Shown here: one piece after another, positions 63,302-64,000 of the stretch | How positions within the stretch are numbered: the first letter of the stretch is position 1 | How the letters are laid out: every line of letters starts with the position of its first letter | IMG/VR virus record: IMGVR_UViG_3300032038_009890 | Span: 1 to 64,000 of that record | DNA: 64,000 bases | Source of the DNA: a virus | Taxonomy: Duplodnaviria; Caudoviricetes | Strand: one strand, 5' to 3' | The notes under the pieces: generated by a model | The model's database searches: none | Seen by the model: the letters and a program-made list of their open reading frames with translations, nothing else | What the model was told of the DNA's origin: nothing | Position numbers and translations under genes: made by a program

Positions 63302-64000
63302 TCACTCTCCTAAACTAGAGGAGATATCAGTATGATGTGTACGCATCTCTACCTCTTGCTGTTTGCCAAGGTTAAATGCTTCTTTGTAATCGTTTGTTAA
63401 GTATCCTGTAACTCTACGCAGTCGTTTGATGTTAGATGAACCACATTTTGGACAAGTATCAGAAATCTCATCTATATAACCACAGTCCATACATTGATCA
63501 TTGGGTAAATTAATCGCAAAATACGGAACATCTTTATCCATAGCATAATCTACAATTTCTTCAAGTGCATCAATATTATTCTTTGCACTGTCAGACAGCT
63601 CTGTATATGTAATACAACCTGCTGAACTATAACCAGTTAACTGGGATTCGATATCAATCTTATCAAAAGGATTCATCTTATGCCATACAGGAACATGAAT
63701 TGAATTAGTAAAATACTCATTTTCAGAAACATTAAGAATCTTACCATACTTAGCTTGGAATTTCTTCATTGCCGTATAGCATAAATTCTCTGCCGGAGAA
63801 TAGTAAACTCCAAAATTCAGCTTATATTCCTGTTTAAATTCTGCGCATCTATCTTTAAATAACTGCTCAATCTTTTTTGCTAATTCCATACCTTCGTTAG
63901 TTGTATGATCACAGCCGATAAGAATCTGAAGAGTTTCTGCTAGGCCCAACTGCCCAAGCGCAAGCGTCCCATGTTTTAAAGCAGATCGAATTCCTTCTTC
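63302..64000 (-). CDS. nrdD: anaerobic (class III) ribonucleotide reductase, C-terminal part, 5'-truncated by the window
   Basis: SPAEN, YFTNS, Zn ribbon CMDC...CPKC and glycyl-radical motif RRVTGYL. Confidence 0.95.
   Translation of the reverse strand, partial: EEGIRSALKHGTLALGQLGLAETLQILIGCDHTTNEGMELAKKIEQLFKDRCAEFKQEYKLNFGVYYSPAENLCYTAMKKFQAKYGKILNVSENEYFTNSIHVPVWHKMNPFDKIDIESQLTGYSSAGCITYTELSDSAKNNIDALEEIVDYAMDKDVPYFAINLPNDQCMDCGYIDEISDTCPKCGSSNIKRLRRVTGYLTNDYKEAFNLGKQQEVEMRTHHTDISSSLGE

Noticed and set aside
1-64000. CRISPR array, tRNA (including a suppressor), release factor, reverse transcriptase/DGR
   Set aside because: None seen by eye: no spaced direct repeats, cloverleaf, RT motifs or TR/VR pair. 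Dedicated scans were not run.

Overview
Late (tail and lysis) region plus the integrase and start of the early nucleotide-metabolism region of a large, low-GC temperate siphovirus-type phage. The host is probably an anaerobic Firmicute (inferred from GGAGG RBSs, nrdDG and a CHAP/SH3b endolysin). The fragmented + strand ORF track is an artefact of the wrong genetic code. The fragments share reading frames and are broken only by TAG, which behaves as Gln (code 15); true stops are TAA/TGA. The - strand genes (integrase, gmk, dut, FNT channel, nrdG, nrdD) neither contain nor end in TAG, so they read in either code. With TAG=Gln and four ORF-less group I introns removed, 1711..33620 is one ~10,136-aa tape measure protein. 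Two of its introns are related, sit in tandem, and are separated by a 4-nt micro-exon (AGGT, 11303-11306); one appears to have a C-G rather than U.G 5' splice-site pair. The tape measure protein also carries an anthrax-lethal-factor/PPEP-like HExxH metallopeptidase domain and a domain shared with the downstream tail hub protein. Downstream are Dit, hub, tail fibre, two GIY-YIG endonucleases, endolysin, holins, baseplate/fibre genes, a probable attP and a tyrosine integrase. All calls come from manual reading; no searches were run.
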